64,000 bases of DNA, taken from assembly GCA_030704615.1 (NCBI GenBank), contig CM060734.1, positions 20,832,001 through 20,896,000 of the forward strand, written 5' to 3'. The stretch is from Takakia lepidozioides (taxonomy: Eukaryota; Plantae; Bryophyta). The stretch's first letter is position 1, and every line of letters starts with the position of its first letter. Below the pieces are notes generated by a model. That model was not told where the DNA came from and searched no databases. It was given only the letters and a program-made list of their open reading frames with translations. The translations under genes were made by a program, and so were the position numbers. Shown piece by piece: positions 51,168 to 63,700 of this stretch.

Positions 51168-53605
51168 TTGTGTGTGAAGTTCGGGCTCCGCCCGGGAACG
51201 GTGTTTTTGGAAGATGAGACGAATGATGCTTATGGGAATTTTTTGGAAAGTGTCGTTATTCTGCATGCAGATTTCGGAAACGGCAAAGAGTGGCGGCTCC
51301 CACCTTCTGAATCCATCCGGTACAGTGCAATTGGTGAAATCATGCCTAAAGAGTTCCCACGCTGGAACTTGGTTGATCCTCCTTCCACAAGAGGGTCTGG
51401 CGTGCAAGATGTGAAGTCTGCCATGAGGGATGTAGGCACCTCTTCACAAGCAGATAAGCCCAAACATATGAAAAGAGAAACCGAATCGGAGGATTTGCCA
51501 CTCCATCGCTCGTCGGTGGGTGCACTTTGCAGGGAAACAGTCGTAAACACTTATCCAGTGACGATGAAGACTGTATGGTCCTTCCATCGTATGTATCGAA
51601 GTCGTCCGTCACTAAGAGTGTGCAGATGTCGGCAGACAATGAGCACACACCCTCGGACTCAACTTCCGTCCGCTTAGTAATCGACATATTGCGGAGGATG
51701 AAGACAGCGGGTTCCTGCTCCAGTGACCTTTTTAGGCTTGATTACGACAAAACTCCAATCCATTCTGTGGAAACTTTGCCTGAAGTTGTGGATGGGAATG
51801 CTATCTACAAGTTCCCTCCAGTGCCGCCAGGTGCAGGCCCAGACGGCATGCTGGCAAGAATGAACAGGAAACATGACGGCCACCTATGGTGTGTCATCAA
51901 AACTTCATCGTCCAATCTGGGTGATGGAGTTCGAGTGAGATATGTATTGTGTGCTGGACATCTTAAATGTTTCTCGAGCACATGTTACCACTACATGAGC
52001 AAAGGCACCCGGAATGAAACAGACTGGATTGACAATTCGTCGACCCCATTTTGGCCTCAAGGTAGAGTTCCTGCAGGGACTTTCAAGTGTGCCCATTGCA
52101 ACGCAGCCCCTACATGCATGGCAGTGTGCAACGCCAAACAACACTACGTCGGGACCGTCGGCCCAGCGTGTACCGGAGCATGCATTCACATCAGAAAGCA
52201 TGACCACCCCGTCGCCAGAGGCAATTCCAGAGTCGCTTTTCAACAAGCCCACGATATTATCAAGGAGGAGGTGAGGTTGAGGCCAGGCGCAAAACCAAAG
52301 CAGATACAGCTCGCATCCGCACATAGAATTGCAATAGGCAGAATAATGACGGAAGCACAAGAGAGAAGCTGGGCAAGGGGGACATGAAGGAGCTGCTGGA
52401 AGCTGTCTCCCATGTGTGCAGCCCCAATGTCAGGAACCACATTGTCGGCTGCAAGAAACGAATCGGAAGAGGATCAGACATGCACTCCATCTTGGAAGTA
52501 AAGCGCACATGCGGCTACGACTTCATCCAGGGCAGCTTCTTTCCTGGTCAAGGCTCAGAGACGGACAAGTGCTTCATATTTAAGATATCAATGTGTGGAC
52601 CGGGGAGCGGTGTCGATTTGGTGAAGCGGATGACCAGTTGAGATCTCTCAAATTGTTGGGTCATGTTCGACCACATCAGGCGAATTACCAACCACGATTG
52701 GGTGACAATGGGGGCACATGTATACAACCCACATTGCAGAAAGTTGATGACCATTGCTATCTGCGAAATGAAAGGAGAAGACACAGATTTGGAGTTGCAT
52801 ATGTGGCGCGGAATTAATGAGCAAATGGCGAGAGCGAAGTTGACCCCTCCCGATTTTAGGGGCTTCATGGCTGACAATGCCCAGGCGAACTGGGCTGCAG
52901 TGAGAAGGGTATATGGGGACGACCCAAAGACTCCAATGGAAGGTAAGGAGAGATCTTGTGGGTTTCACTTCATGCAGAGTTTGACGCAAAATACGAAAAG
53001 GTTCGTGGCGTCACGCCACCGGCAGGATCATATCAGTATGTGCCTTGCGTGGAAAAATGCGAATTCCATCGACGAGGAGGAGACCGAGTTTGCAACCATA
53101 CGCGCCTAGTGGGTGTCTTCAGGGGCAGTGGATGTGAAAGATCAGCCAGAACTGCAAACGTAGCTTGCGTGGTGGCACTATAGATTCCGCCAGTTTGGAG
53201 ACTACATGAGACAGATAACACATTTCTGTACTTGACAATTGTTTTGTTTTGTGCTTGGACATTCTCCACAATGAGTGACATTTCTAATTTCTTTCAACAG
53301 GACATGAGCTTGCAGGATGACATGGATATGCCGATGACGAACATGGCCGAATCGGTGCACTCTTCCTGGCGTGCTTCCTCTTTGGCACATCTCATTGACA
53401 TGTTGACAGCAACAACAGAAGATATTATGAGGGCCATCATGCAACAATCTGGTTACTACCAGTTTCTGGGAGGAAAGCAATGGGGTATCGGACCAGACAG
53501 GCAGGAGCTGCTGATGAGGGCGGCGCATCGTTCCACTGATCCCAAAAAATGGACTGCTGCATTGCGGGAAACAATAAGGTCAACGCCGTTACACAATCGG
53601 GGGAA
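51168..53605 (+). mobile_element. Decayed Mutator/MULE-like transposase with an N-terminal GCM/WRKY-like Zn domain
   Basis: N-terminal: DGHLW..CAGHLKC..C..CAHC..C..HIRKHDHP. Catalytic: VMFDH, FMADNAQAN, SCGFHF (CxxH), TNMAES. Contains stops and frameshifts, plus a probable intron at ~53216-53300 with a mutated donor. Confidence 0.8.
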
Positions 53606-54155
53606 TTGCAAGCGACCGCCGATATGGCGGTCGTAATTTTATTTTATTTTTAAAAATAAAGCACCGCCAGTATGGCGGTCGCTATTTTAATTGTTTTTAA
53701 AAAATGAAGCGACCGCTGATACGACGGTTGTTATTTTAATTTTTTTTATAAAAATGAAGCGACCGCTATATGGCGGTCGCACTTTTTAGTTTTTCTGAAA
53801 ATTGAAGCTATCGCCCTATGGCGGTCGCTCTTTTTCGTTTTAAAAAAAAAATGAAGCGACCGCCAATACTGCGGTCATTTTTTTTTCCCTCTCTCTTTTA
53901 AGTTTTTGTTAAAAAATGAAGCGACCGCCCTATGGTGGTCGCTCTTTTTCGGGATTTAAAAAAAAATGAAGCGAGCACCAATACGGCGGTCGATTTTTTT
54001 TTTCTTTTTAAATTTTTGCTTAAAAAATAAAGCGACCACCCTATGGCGGATGAATATATATATATATATAAAGTTAAGCGACCGCCTTTTGGCGGTCGCT
54101 CTTTTTCGGGATTTTTAAAAATGAATGACCGCCAATACGGTGGTCGTTTTTCATC
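53605..54155. repeat. Palindromic-unit array
   Basis: About 11 AAGCGACCGCC..GGCGGTCGCT units with A/T spacers. Confidence 0.88.
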
Positions 54156-54499
54156 TTCTCCAATAATACACATTCTCACCATCTCACACAATCATAATTC
54201 TTCAATCATTGCATTCAAAATCGGATTCACATTCCATCATTCCATTTTTCACATAAAATAGATTGAATTGAACTTCCTTATTTTCCTTGTCTTCTTCTAT
54301 TCATTCGTAAACATTACGTTGCAACATTGCAGGACTCCCGGTTATCAGCGTCATATATGTCAGTCAGTGTCAGGTCACGTCAGACCTGACGCTGACGGGA
54401 CCTCCGTCATGTCAGGTTCCGGGAATATTCTGGTAAAAATAGAACTAGGTAAAATACTGCCACTTAAGCAGCCACGTCGCCGACACGGTGGCGGTGACA

Positions 54500-55030
54500 A
54501 ATACATTTTAAAAATTAATAAAATGAAAACGACCGCCAATTTTGGCGGTCGCTTTATTTTTTGAAATTGAAAAAATAAGAGCGACCGCCATATTGGCTGT
54601 CACTTTGTTTTAAATAAATAAATAAATAAAGCGACATAAGTAAATAAAAGCGACCGCCACACCGATGGTCGCTTATTTTAAAATAAAATAATAATGGCGA
54701 CCGCCAAACTGGCGGTCGCGTTTTTTTAAAAATATTAAGAAGAAAAGCGACCACCATATTGACGGTCGTTTTATTTTAAATATATAAACAAATCAAGCGA
54801 CCGCAATACCGAAGGTCGCATTATATTTTGAAACAAAAAACAATAGCGACCGCCATACGAGCGGTCGCTTAAATTTAAAAATATACAAAATAGAAGCGAT
54901 CGCAATATTTCGCAAAATCAAAGGAAATAAAAGCGACCGCAATAGTGACAGTCGCTTGTGTTTCATAAAAAATAAAAATAACGACCGCAGTATTAGCGGT
55001 CGCTTAATTTTAAAATTATAACAAATATGG
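54500..55030. repeat. Palindromic-unit array upstream of the hAT fragment
   Basis: About 11 units of the same family. Confidence 0.88.
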
Positions 55031-55433
55031 TTGTACCGCCTTTTTCGGGTGGGCGCTATTGGTTGGTCATTTTTTCATTTCACTTTCATTTCACTTTCAT
55101 CCTTCCTGGAGCATATATAAGGGAACAGGGTCACCAAGCTCCTCACTTCTTTTGGCGCAAACACTTGAGGTTGTTTTGGATGTTCTCTTCCATTGAACGA
55201 GAGTGTAGCCCAAGAGGAGGGTGCGCACATTTTGCCGTTATGGCTTCCACCAAAACTACTTCAGCAGATTGTGTATAAGCTCAACATTACAACGTGTATC
55301 GACCCACTTGGGTTGGTGACAGGTGTAGAAGTGTTGGGCTATCGTATTGCACTCTACATTCACAGGTTTATTTATAGGTCACTGTTTTTTGTTGCTTACA
55401 TCACTACGGCCCAAGGGAGTGGATATTGGGTGA

Positions 55434-55942
55434 AGATGAGGGAGGAATGGAGCCCTTGGTATATGGTAATCCCGAAAACTGTCAGTGCCACTGGCAGTGT
55501 TGAGTGCAACCTATGTGGACTGAAGCTTTCTTATCGTAAGGATCGGCTGCTCGCTCACCTCGGCTATAGAGGTGTGAAGAATGTTGGGGTGGGTTTATGC
55601 CCTAAAACATCAATACGGGTAAAAACCCACTTTGCCCACTGTGGAGGCAATATTCCAATGTCTCTGGATCGCGACACGACCTCTGAGCAGAAAACTTCAT
55701 CTTCCCGTCAGGATGCCCCTATTAGTACCCAAGGGACTCTTATGAGGCTTCAATTGTCATTGGACAAATAGGTCGTGCCGAAGCAACACCTGCTTCAACA
55801 CCTTTTTGTACCTTACACTTCAACGAAGTAGAGGATTACGGCAGCAATCCATGCAGGAAGACATTAATTTGTCTGCGAAAAGACAGTTGGATAAAAAATG
55901 GACGCAATTTTTCTTTGAGGCCAACATACCGTTTAATGTGGC

Positions 55943-55946
<4 letters not shown>
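55434..55946 (+). pseudogene. hAT transposase N-terminal fragment (BED zinc finger)
   Basis: W..VECNLCGLKLSYRKDRLLAHL..VGLCPK, then QFFFEANIPFNVAR. Truncated by a poly(T) tract. Confidence 0.75.
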
Positions 55947-55973
<27 letters not shown>

Positions 55974-57340
55974 CCCCACTCTACCTGTTCGCGGCCTTCC
56001 GTGGCTCCAACCGCCCCAACTCCTCACGGCCCGCCTTAGGCTCTCGTTGGCCACGGGCTACCCCGTGATACCCCGTGGTACCACTCCCACGAGCCTTCAC
56101 GACCCACCATCCCCACGATTTGGTCACCGTGCCCACCCGTTGTGTCCGCACCACGGCTTCCAACGGTCACGGTCAACAGTCACGGCCTGGGCTCGTGGTA
56201 TCTCGTGATACCGCCCCACGGCCCATAACGGCCACTGTTCCCTGCGTGCCCTAGACTCCCGAGGCGTTCCCACGCGTTCCCGAGCTGGGGTTTGCTCCTG
56301 CACCTGCTGCCGACGAGCTATGGCTTCTGCAGAGCCATCAGCCCCGTCGCCCTGCACTCCTGAGCTCTTACGACCCACTAGAAGCGCCCCCAACTCAACA
56401 AGCAAGCCATATGCTGCCCAACAAGCTCCATTTTCTCCATGAAGCTTACAAAAACAAATCTGAAAATACACACCTTTACAACCTTGGTGTACCCGCAGTT
56501 CTACTGCACATTCCCTGGCTCTAGGATGCCTTGTTGCTGCCCTTCCAGCCTCCCGCTCTTGCCACTCCAAGAGCCCTTATACTGCTGAGTTTCAGATTGA
56601 AACTCCAACTCAGCACATGTTTCACAAGTGCACTGATTTGTACACAAAAGGGACCAGCCCCCTCTCTTCACTCATACCTCTTCATGAGCTTGGAGCTGAA
56701 GCTCCCAATGGGCTGTGATGCATCCCCTCGCAGCTCCACCATTCGGCTGCTCCTGATCTACTCGCAACAACTAGTTTCGGGCAGAAATACCTTGAGCTGA
56801 TCATATCATCTCCAACCTGCAACACGCTAGCTTCCATGCGCAGCCCACATTCCTGCAGCTCCTTAACTCGGCCTGCAGCTGAAGAAGACGACCACCAGTT
56901 CGCCCACTCGTGGCCAACATCTCCTCCGCTTCACAAAAGAAGCCCAAACTTGGTTGTCATAGCGTTGAGCTGACCGCCTCTCTATCCATTGCAAACCTGC
57001 AACCTGTTTGCCTTCGCACTCTATCCGCTTTGGATAGATTCATGCACGGATCCCTGCACTCTAGGCTGAACCGCTTTTCATGATCTGAAAACTCAAGTGC
57101 TACAACTAACTCGAACCTGGCACTCACAGACTCGAGCTCATCTTTCTCGAGTGATAAGGAAAAGAATGATACAAGCACACAAGCTCTCTCAAACTCACAT
57201 ACTTGCACATGAAAACATCACTCATATATTAAGTTGAGCCAAGTACACCCCACGCCATGGGGAATCCACACTACGGCGCCATAGCTGGACGCGGTGAGGC
57301 TCAACTCGAGAAAGATGAGCCCACCGCGATCTGCCGTGAA
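55947..57340 (-). mobile_element. Non-coding ~1.4-kb interspersed repeat, copy 1 (poly(A)-tailed, SINE-like)
   Basis: 27-nt T tract at the left end. Highly similar to 59498-60898, and both end at ...CGCGATCTGCCGTGAA. Confidence 0.72.
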
Positions 57341-59230
57341 TGCCCACACTGCAACTGTGCAGGCTGTGCCGGTGCCAAACCATTGCCTCCCTCTGGGCAA
57401 TCCTTCTTGACATGGGGGCCCTCCACATGTCCAACACACCACATCCGCCCGTTGTTGGCTTGCAAATGAAGGGAGAGACCCCTGCATCTGAGGTCTTCTC
57501 TGCCCTTCCCTGGGCTTCACCTGAGCCCCCTTGTTGCCTTGAGCACGTTGAGGTAGTGGCTGGCTAGGAGCACCACTACCCCGTGGTGCCTCCTTAGCGA
57601 ATCCCACCATGACCACTCGTTCCTCCACCATGTTGAGCTCTATCTGCTCTGCCAACAAAAACACATTTGTTAAGGTGGGTTGGGCCGCTTGTAGGAGAAT
57701 TGCATCCCGCACCCTTCTCCTCAGCTCCTTGTCCAATATCCCATACCAGAACTGGACTGCCTGAGCCTCCGTAACCCCTTGGGTTATATTTATCAAGCAC
57801 CTCATGCGAGTGAAAGCCTCCCTCAAGCTCTCAGTAGGCTTCCTCTGGAAATCTTGCAAGCTCCACAACAGGGTTGAGGGCAGGCACCGCCACTGGTGCT
57901 GGTGCAGCAGTAGCTTGGGTGGACATCGTAGTTGCTGTACCACTAGTCCCACTACTGCTCGTGGAAGTTGTTATTGCAGCTGCCGGTGTGGCTGCTGCCT
58001 CTGTGCCTCTAGTGCCTCTAGTGATGGAGACATAGTCGGGTGACCAGTACATCCTCCACTCCTCGATCTCAACATCGTGCCCCCGCCTAAACTCATGGTA
58101 ATCATCCATGGGCGGCCCCTCAAGGTGTTGAAACAGCCCCTTCCATGCCATAAAAGGCGTAAACAGTTGTGGATTGCGCATTTGCTGCAAGTCACCCCAA
58201 CTATCAAACTCTTGGATAAAATCATCCAACTCAATGGTGCCCACCGCCCCAGAGTACCTTCATGGCCCCTTGGTAGCTCCATACATCTCCTCCATTGTGT
58301 CCTACAACAATGGCAAGGAAACAACTTGCACCGTCGGTGTGAGTCCTCCTGATTCACAATCCGAATCAGAACCTTCCGTAGAAGACACAGGAGGTGAAGG
58401 TGGCCTAAACCGCACACCTCGTCTCGTATACCCGCTAGTATCGCTAGTGCTCATACCTGCACTTTCCCCAGCAACTAGTGGCACCTCCATGTTGCAAACT
58501 GACACTCAACCGGTCATGAACCTGTCTCTAACCCCCTCTCCACAAGGTAACCGGGTAGAGAACCTGATGCAGTTTATGGTTTGGAATACTAGGTTCCTAA
58601 CATAGCCTGCACCTACACCTGCATCCACCGTAGGCACTCCTATGGTTGGCTGGTCATCACCTCCAACCTCACCACAGGAGAAACAAAGATGGTATGACTG
58701 GTCATCAACCCAGCCTCACCATCGACAGTATGCTCTAGGGTTGGATTGGCGATCAAGCCCGAGTCAACCACCTATAAAATCAAGCGCCCACACAAAACTA
58801 GCATGGCGCACAATCAAGCATGCAGGTGTGGAGGGGATCCAAACACAAGAATGAAAACAACAACTCCCCCACACCAAAAATCTCTACACAGTGTCGCTCC
58901 TGCAAGGACACCCCAGCCCAAACCCGGACTGACTCTTGCCTCCACCTACGGAAAGGTCTCGGCCTACAGAGAAGGTGGAAAGCTACGAGGAAGGGAAGCT
59001 AAAGCAATGCCTATCCCCAGCACGCTTTCATCCCAACACCCTCTTTTTTCCTCTCTTCTCTCACTTGCATGACCATGAGAGCATCATGTACACACTCCTC
59101 AAACCACCCTCCACGAGCTCATGAAACTTGGCGTCCAAGGCCCCATGCAAGCCTCCACAGGGTCCGCCAGTGCCTCCTTATGTCCACCAGCCATTCCTCA
59201 TAATGGAACCACCTCAAGAAACCACACCAT
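57341..59230 (-). mobile_element. Second copy of the Gypsy-like leader plus gag fragment
   Basis: Reverse-complement homolog of ~3400-5250 (LDDFIQEFDSW.DLQQM, FQRKPTESLREAFTRM, CWTCGGP). Confidence 0.85.
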
Positions 59231-59497
59231 TCGCTGAAGGTTCAAAAATGGAGCAAATAGAGGTACATATAGGCCCCAACAACATTCTGTCCAAAGGAAT
59301 TACCTGCAGGCTAGTCTCCCCCATAGTTAAGAATTGGGCTGAAAACCCGAAAAGATTACCTGCAGGGAAGTAATCCCCTTTGTTAAAACGCAACAGGGAG
59401 GTAATTCCGACTTTTCTGCCAGATCAGCTAGCTCAAAACCGTTGTTCTTCAGACCCCAGCCTCCCCATCAAGGTCCCACGAAACGAGCGGAAAAAGA

Positions 59498-60898
59498 TTT
59501 TTTTTTTTTTTTGTTTGTTTTTGTTTTTTTTTCACTCTGACTGTTCGCGGCCTTCCGTGGCTCCAACCGCCACGACTCCTCACGGCCTGCCCTAGGCGCT
59601 CGTTGGCCACGGGCTGCCCCGTAATACCCTGTGGTCCCACGCCCACGAGCCTTCACGGCCCGCCATCCCCACGATCTGGTCACCGTGCCAACCCGTGGTG
59701 TCTGCACCACGGCTTCCCACGGTCACGGTCAACAGTCCCCTGCGTTCCCAGGAACTCCACACGAGTTCCCATGCATTCTCGATCGCTCCCGGGATGTTCC
59801 CACGCATTCCCGAGCTCTCCCCAAGCTGGGGTTTGCTCCTGCACCTGCTGTCGCCGAGCTATGGCTTCTACAAAGCCACCAGACCTGCTGCCATGCTCTC
59901 TTGGGCTCTCACGACCCACCAGAGGCACCCTAAACTCAACAAACAAGCAATATGTTGCCCAACAAGCTCCATTTCTTCATGAAGCTCACAAAAACGAATC
60001 CGAAAATACACACCTTTACAAACTTGGTGCACCTGCACTTCTCATGCATATCCCCTGGCTCTAGGGCGCCTTGTTGCTGCCCTTCTAGCCCCACTCTTGC
60101 CACTCCAAGAACCCTTACACTGCTGAGTTTCAGATTGAAACTCCAACTCAGCAAATGTTTCACAAGTGCACTGATTTGCACACAAGAGGGACCTGCCCCC
60201 TCTCTTCACTCATACCTCTTCATGAGTTTGGAGCTGAAGCTCCCAACGGGCTGCGATGCATCCCCTCACAGCTCCACCATTTGGCTGCTCCTCATCTACT
60301 CGCAACAACTAGTTTCGGGCAGAAATACCTGGAGCTGATCATATCATCTCCAACCTGCAATATGCTAGCTTCCCATGCGCAGCCCTCTGCAACTCCTTAA
60401 CTCGGCCTACAGCTGAAGAAGACGACCACCAGTTTGTCCACTCGTGGCCAGTATCTCTTCCGCTTCACTAGAAGCCCAAACTTGGTTGCCATATCGTTGA
60501 GCTATGCAACACCGCTCTTCAGCATAGACTACCCGCCTCTCTATCCATTGCAAACCTGCAACCTGTTCGCCTTTGCACTCTATCCGCTTTGGATAGTCTC
60601 ATGCACGGATCCCTGCACTCTAGGCTGAACCGTTTCTCATGATCTGAAAACACAAGTACTACAACTAACTCGAACCTGGCACTCACATACTCGAGCTGAT
60701 CTTTTCTCGAGTGATAATGAAAGAAATGATACAAGCACACAAGCTCTCAAACTCACACACTTGCACATGAAAACATCACTCATATATTAAGTCGAGCCAA
60801 GTGCACCCCACGCTATGGGGAATCCACACTACGGCGCCCTAGCTAGACGCGGTGAGGCTCAACTCGAGAAAGATGAGCCCACCGCGATCTGCCGTGAA
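59498..60898 (-). mobile_element. Non-coding ~1.4-kb interspersed repeat, copy 2
   Basis: T-rich tract at 59498-59532, same body and terminus as copy 1, possible short TSD AAGAT. Confidence 0.72.
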
Positions 60899-61059
60899 GA
60901 TAACAACGCCAGGTGCCCAAACATGTATTGGCCCCGGGATTGACACTTGGGTCAATCCCAAATATCAATATATAAAAGCTAGCTATTTCCTAGCTAACTT
61001 CACACTAGTGGTAAAATAACTTGACAAGTATGATAATTTACAACTAATTAAGGTCCCAA

Positions 61060-63700
61060 AAAAACAGTGTTGTGACAACATTTTTGGTCCACCGTAGACT
61101 GCAACTGCCCGACAGTCACATGTCAAAATCACTCCAACACCACCATAGATCCACAAATGAGCTAACTTGCAGAATTCAACATGAAAATTTAGGGATGACT
61201 CTAATAGCAGGGGAAAACAAGGTGAAATATGTTGAAGAAGGTACCTTCATTAGCAGTGGGCCTTGTTCTATCAATTGTGCTACTGCCGTTGTTGTTTCCA
61301 GTTAACCATCTACCCACTTGTAGCTGCTGTGCTATTGAAGAAGGTGCCCCCCTTCCCCCATCATTTGATCATAGGTCTCCAAAGCCTCCATACCATGTCC
61401 CTGTTGTGCATACCCTGCAAGCATCGCGTTCCATGACACCACATTTGGTTCAGCCATAGTGTTGAAAACTCCCTTTGCATCCTTAATGCACCCACATTTG
61501 GCATAGACGTCCACCAGGGCAGTGTTCAGGATGACATCTGGTACAATTCCAGCTTTAACGATGTCACCATGGACCTCTTTCCCCTTTTCCAGAGGTCCCA
61601 GGCTTGCACACACATTGCAAACATGCGCAAGCGTGATGTGGTTGGGCTTCACCCCTTTGCGCAGCATTTGCTCATAGGTCTCCAAAGCATTCCTACCACA
61701 CCCATGCTTGGTAAATCCTGCCAACATTATATTCCACGTGATCAAAGATCGCTGAGGCATTCTGTAGAAATCTTGGTGAGCATCCATGATGCTCCCGCAC
61801 TTAACATACATGTTGACAAGGGTGTTGAGTAGAAAAAACATTTGGCATGAATCCACTTTGGATAATGTGAGTGTGCACCTGATTCCAACTTCCAGACCTT
61901 GCACTTAAGCAAGAGACAGACACACGTATCTGAATCTGCTGAAATGCCTCATTGGTTTAAAGTCTGTAGAGCCTTTGTCAGTCTGCCTGCCTCACAAAGC
62001 ATAATAGGCATTCAACTTTTTGCCTCGGTTGTCCCACCATTCACTGGGGTCAACAAAATATTCATTCCACACCTTCTCCTCATGTCTGTTATCTGTTTTG
62101 GATACTTTCCTGCTGCCACATCGGCAGTGACTTGTCATAGTCATTCCAAACCACCATAGATCCACCCAACGAGCTAACTTACAGAATTCAATATGCATCT
62201 CAGGGCCGAGTCTGATGAGAGGGAAAAACAGGCTGAAATAGGTCGAAGAAGAAGGTGCCCTCACCACATTCTCCAAGGCCTCCATACCACGCCCCTGATG
62301 TGCACACCCTGCAAGCATCATGTTCCACATGATGAAAGATCGTTGAGGCATTCTGTTGAACACTTGGTGAGCATCCATGATGCTCCCGCACATAACATAC
62401 ATGTGCACAAGGGTGTTGAGTAGTGAGTGTGCACCTGCTTTCCAGTTTCAAGGCCTTTCATCTTGATGCACTTATGCAAGAGACAGACATACATATCTGA
62501 ATCTACTGAAATGCCTCCTTGGTTTAAAGTCAATAGAGCCTCTTTCAGTCTGCCTGCCTCACAAAGCATCTTCACATGCCCATAAGTGCCAGAAGAGCAT
62601 TGTGGACTTCCTCTCTTGATCCTCTTCCAGAAGTTGTGGTCATGGTTGAGGTGCCTGATTTTATCAACTGTGCCGCTGCAGCTGCTGCCTTTGGCGATGC
62701 AACCATGCACCTCTTTGCATCTGGTAATATGATAGGCATTCACCTTGGTACAATTCCAGCTCTGAAGATGTCGCAATGGACCTCTTTCCCCCTTTTGCAA
62801 AGCTGCCAGGGCAGTGTTCAATTGACATTTGGTACAATTCCAGCTTTGATGATATCCCCATGCACCTCTTTGCCCTTCTCCAGGGCTGCCAGGCTTGCAC
62901 AAGCATTGCAAATGCACACAAACATGATGTGCTTCCCCCATCATTTGCTCAATATAGGTAGGTCTCCAAAGCCTCCATCCCACGTCCCTGCCGTGCATAC
63001 CCTGCAAGTATCACACTCCACGACACCACATCTCGTTCAACCGTAGTGTCGAACACTCCCTTTGCATCCTAGATGCACCCACATTTTGCAAACATGTCCA
63101 CTAGGGTATTGTTCAGAATGACATCTGGTACAATTCCAGCTCTGAACATAGCTGGAATTGTACCAGATGTCTTCAAAGATGTCGCCATGCACCTCTTTCC
63201 CCTTTTGCAAAGCTGCCAGGGCAGTGTTCAGATTGACATTTGGCACAATTCCAGTTTTGATGATATCCCCATGCACCTCTTTACCCTTCTCCAGGGCTGC
63301 CAGGCTTGCACAAGCATTGCAAATGCACACAAACATGATGTGCTTCCCCCATCATTTGCTCAATATAGGTCTCCAAAGCCTCCATCCCACGTCCCTGCCG
63401 TGCATACCCTGCAAGCATCGCACTCCACGACACCACATCTCGTTCAGCCATAGTGTCGAACACTCCCTTTGCAAACATGTCCACCAGGGTATTGTTCATA
63501 ATGACATCTGGTACAATTCCAGCTCTGAAGATGTCGCCATGCACCTCTTTCCCCTTTTGCAAAGCTGCCAGGGCAGTGTTCAAATTAACATTTGGCACAA
63601 TTCCAGCTTTGATGATATCCCCATGCACCTCTTTGCCCTTCTCCAGGGCTGCCAGGCTTGCACAAGCATTGAGAACTGAACAACAACAATAGTACTCACC
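61060..63700 (-). pseudogene. Tandemly rearranged PLS-class PPR pseudogene cluster
   Basis: NTLVNMYVKCGSIMDAH, TWNIMLAG, GVKPNHIT, LEKGKEVHGDI, VSWNAMLAGYAQQG. A ~350-410 bp unit occurs three times (~62750, 63170, 63520), N-terminal segments are repeated, and there are frameshifts. Confidence 0.87.

Noticed and set aside
53605-55030. CRISPR array interpretation of the palindromic-unit arrays
   Set aside because: The spacers are low-complexity A/T tracts that are similar between arrays, the repeats are degenerate, there are no cas genes, and the context is eukaryotic TE sequence.
55947-60898. The 1.4-kb direct repeats as LTRs of the enclosed gag
   Set aside because: They lack TG..CA termini, a PBS and a PPT. 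The homologous gag at 3.4-5.3 kb has a different upstream sequence, and the gag is cut mid-knuckle.
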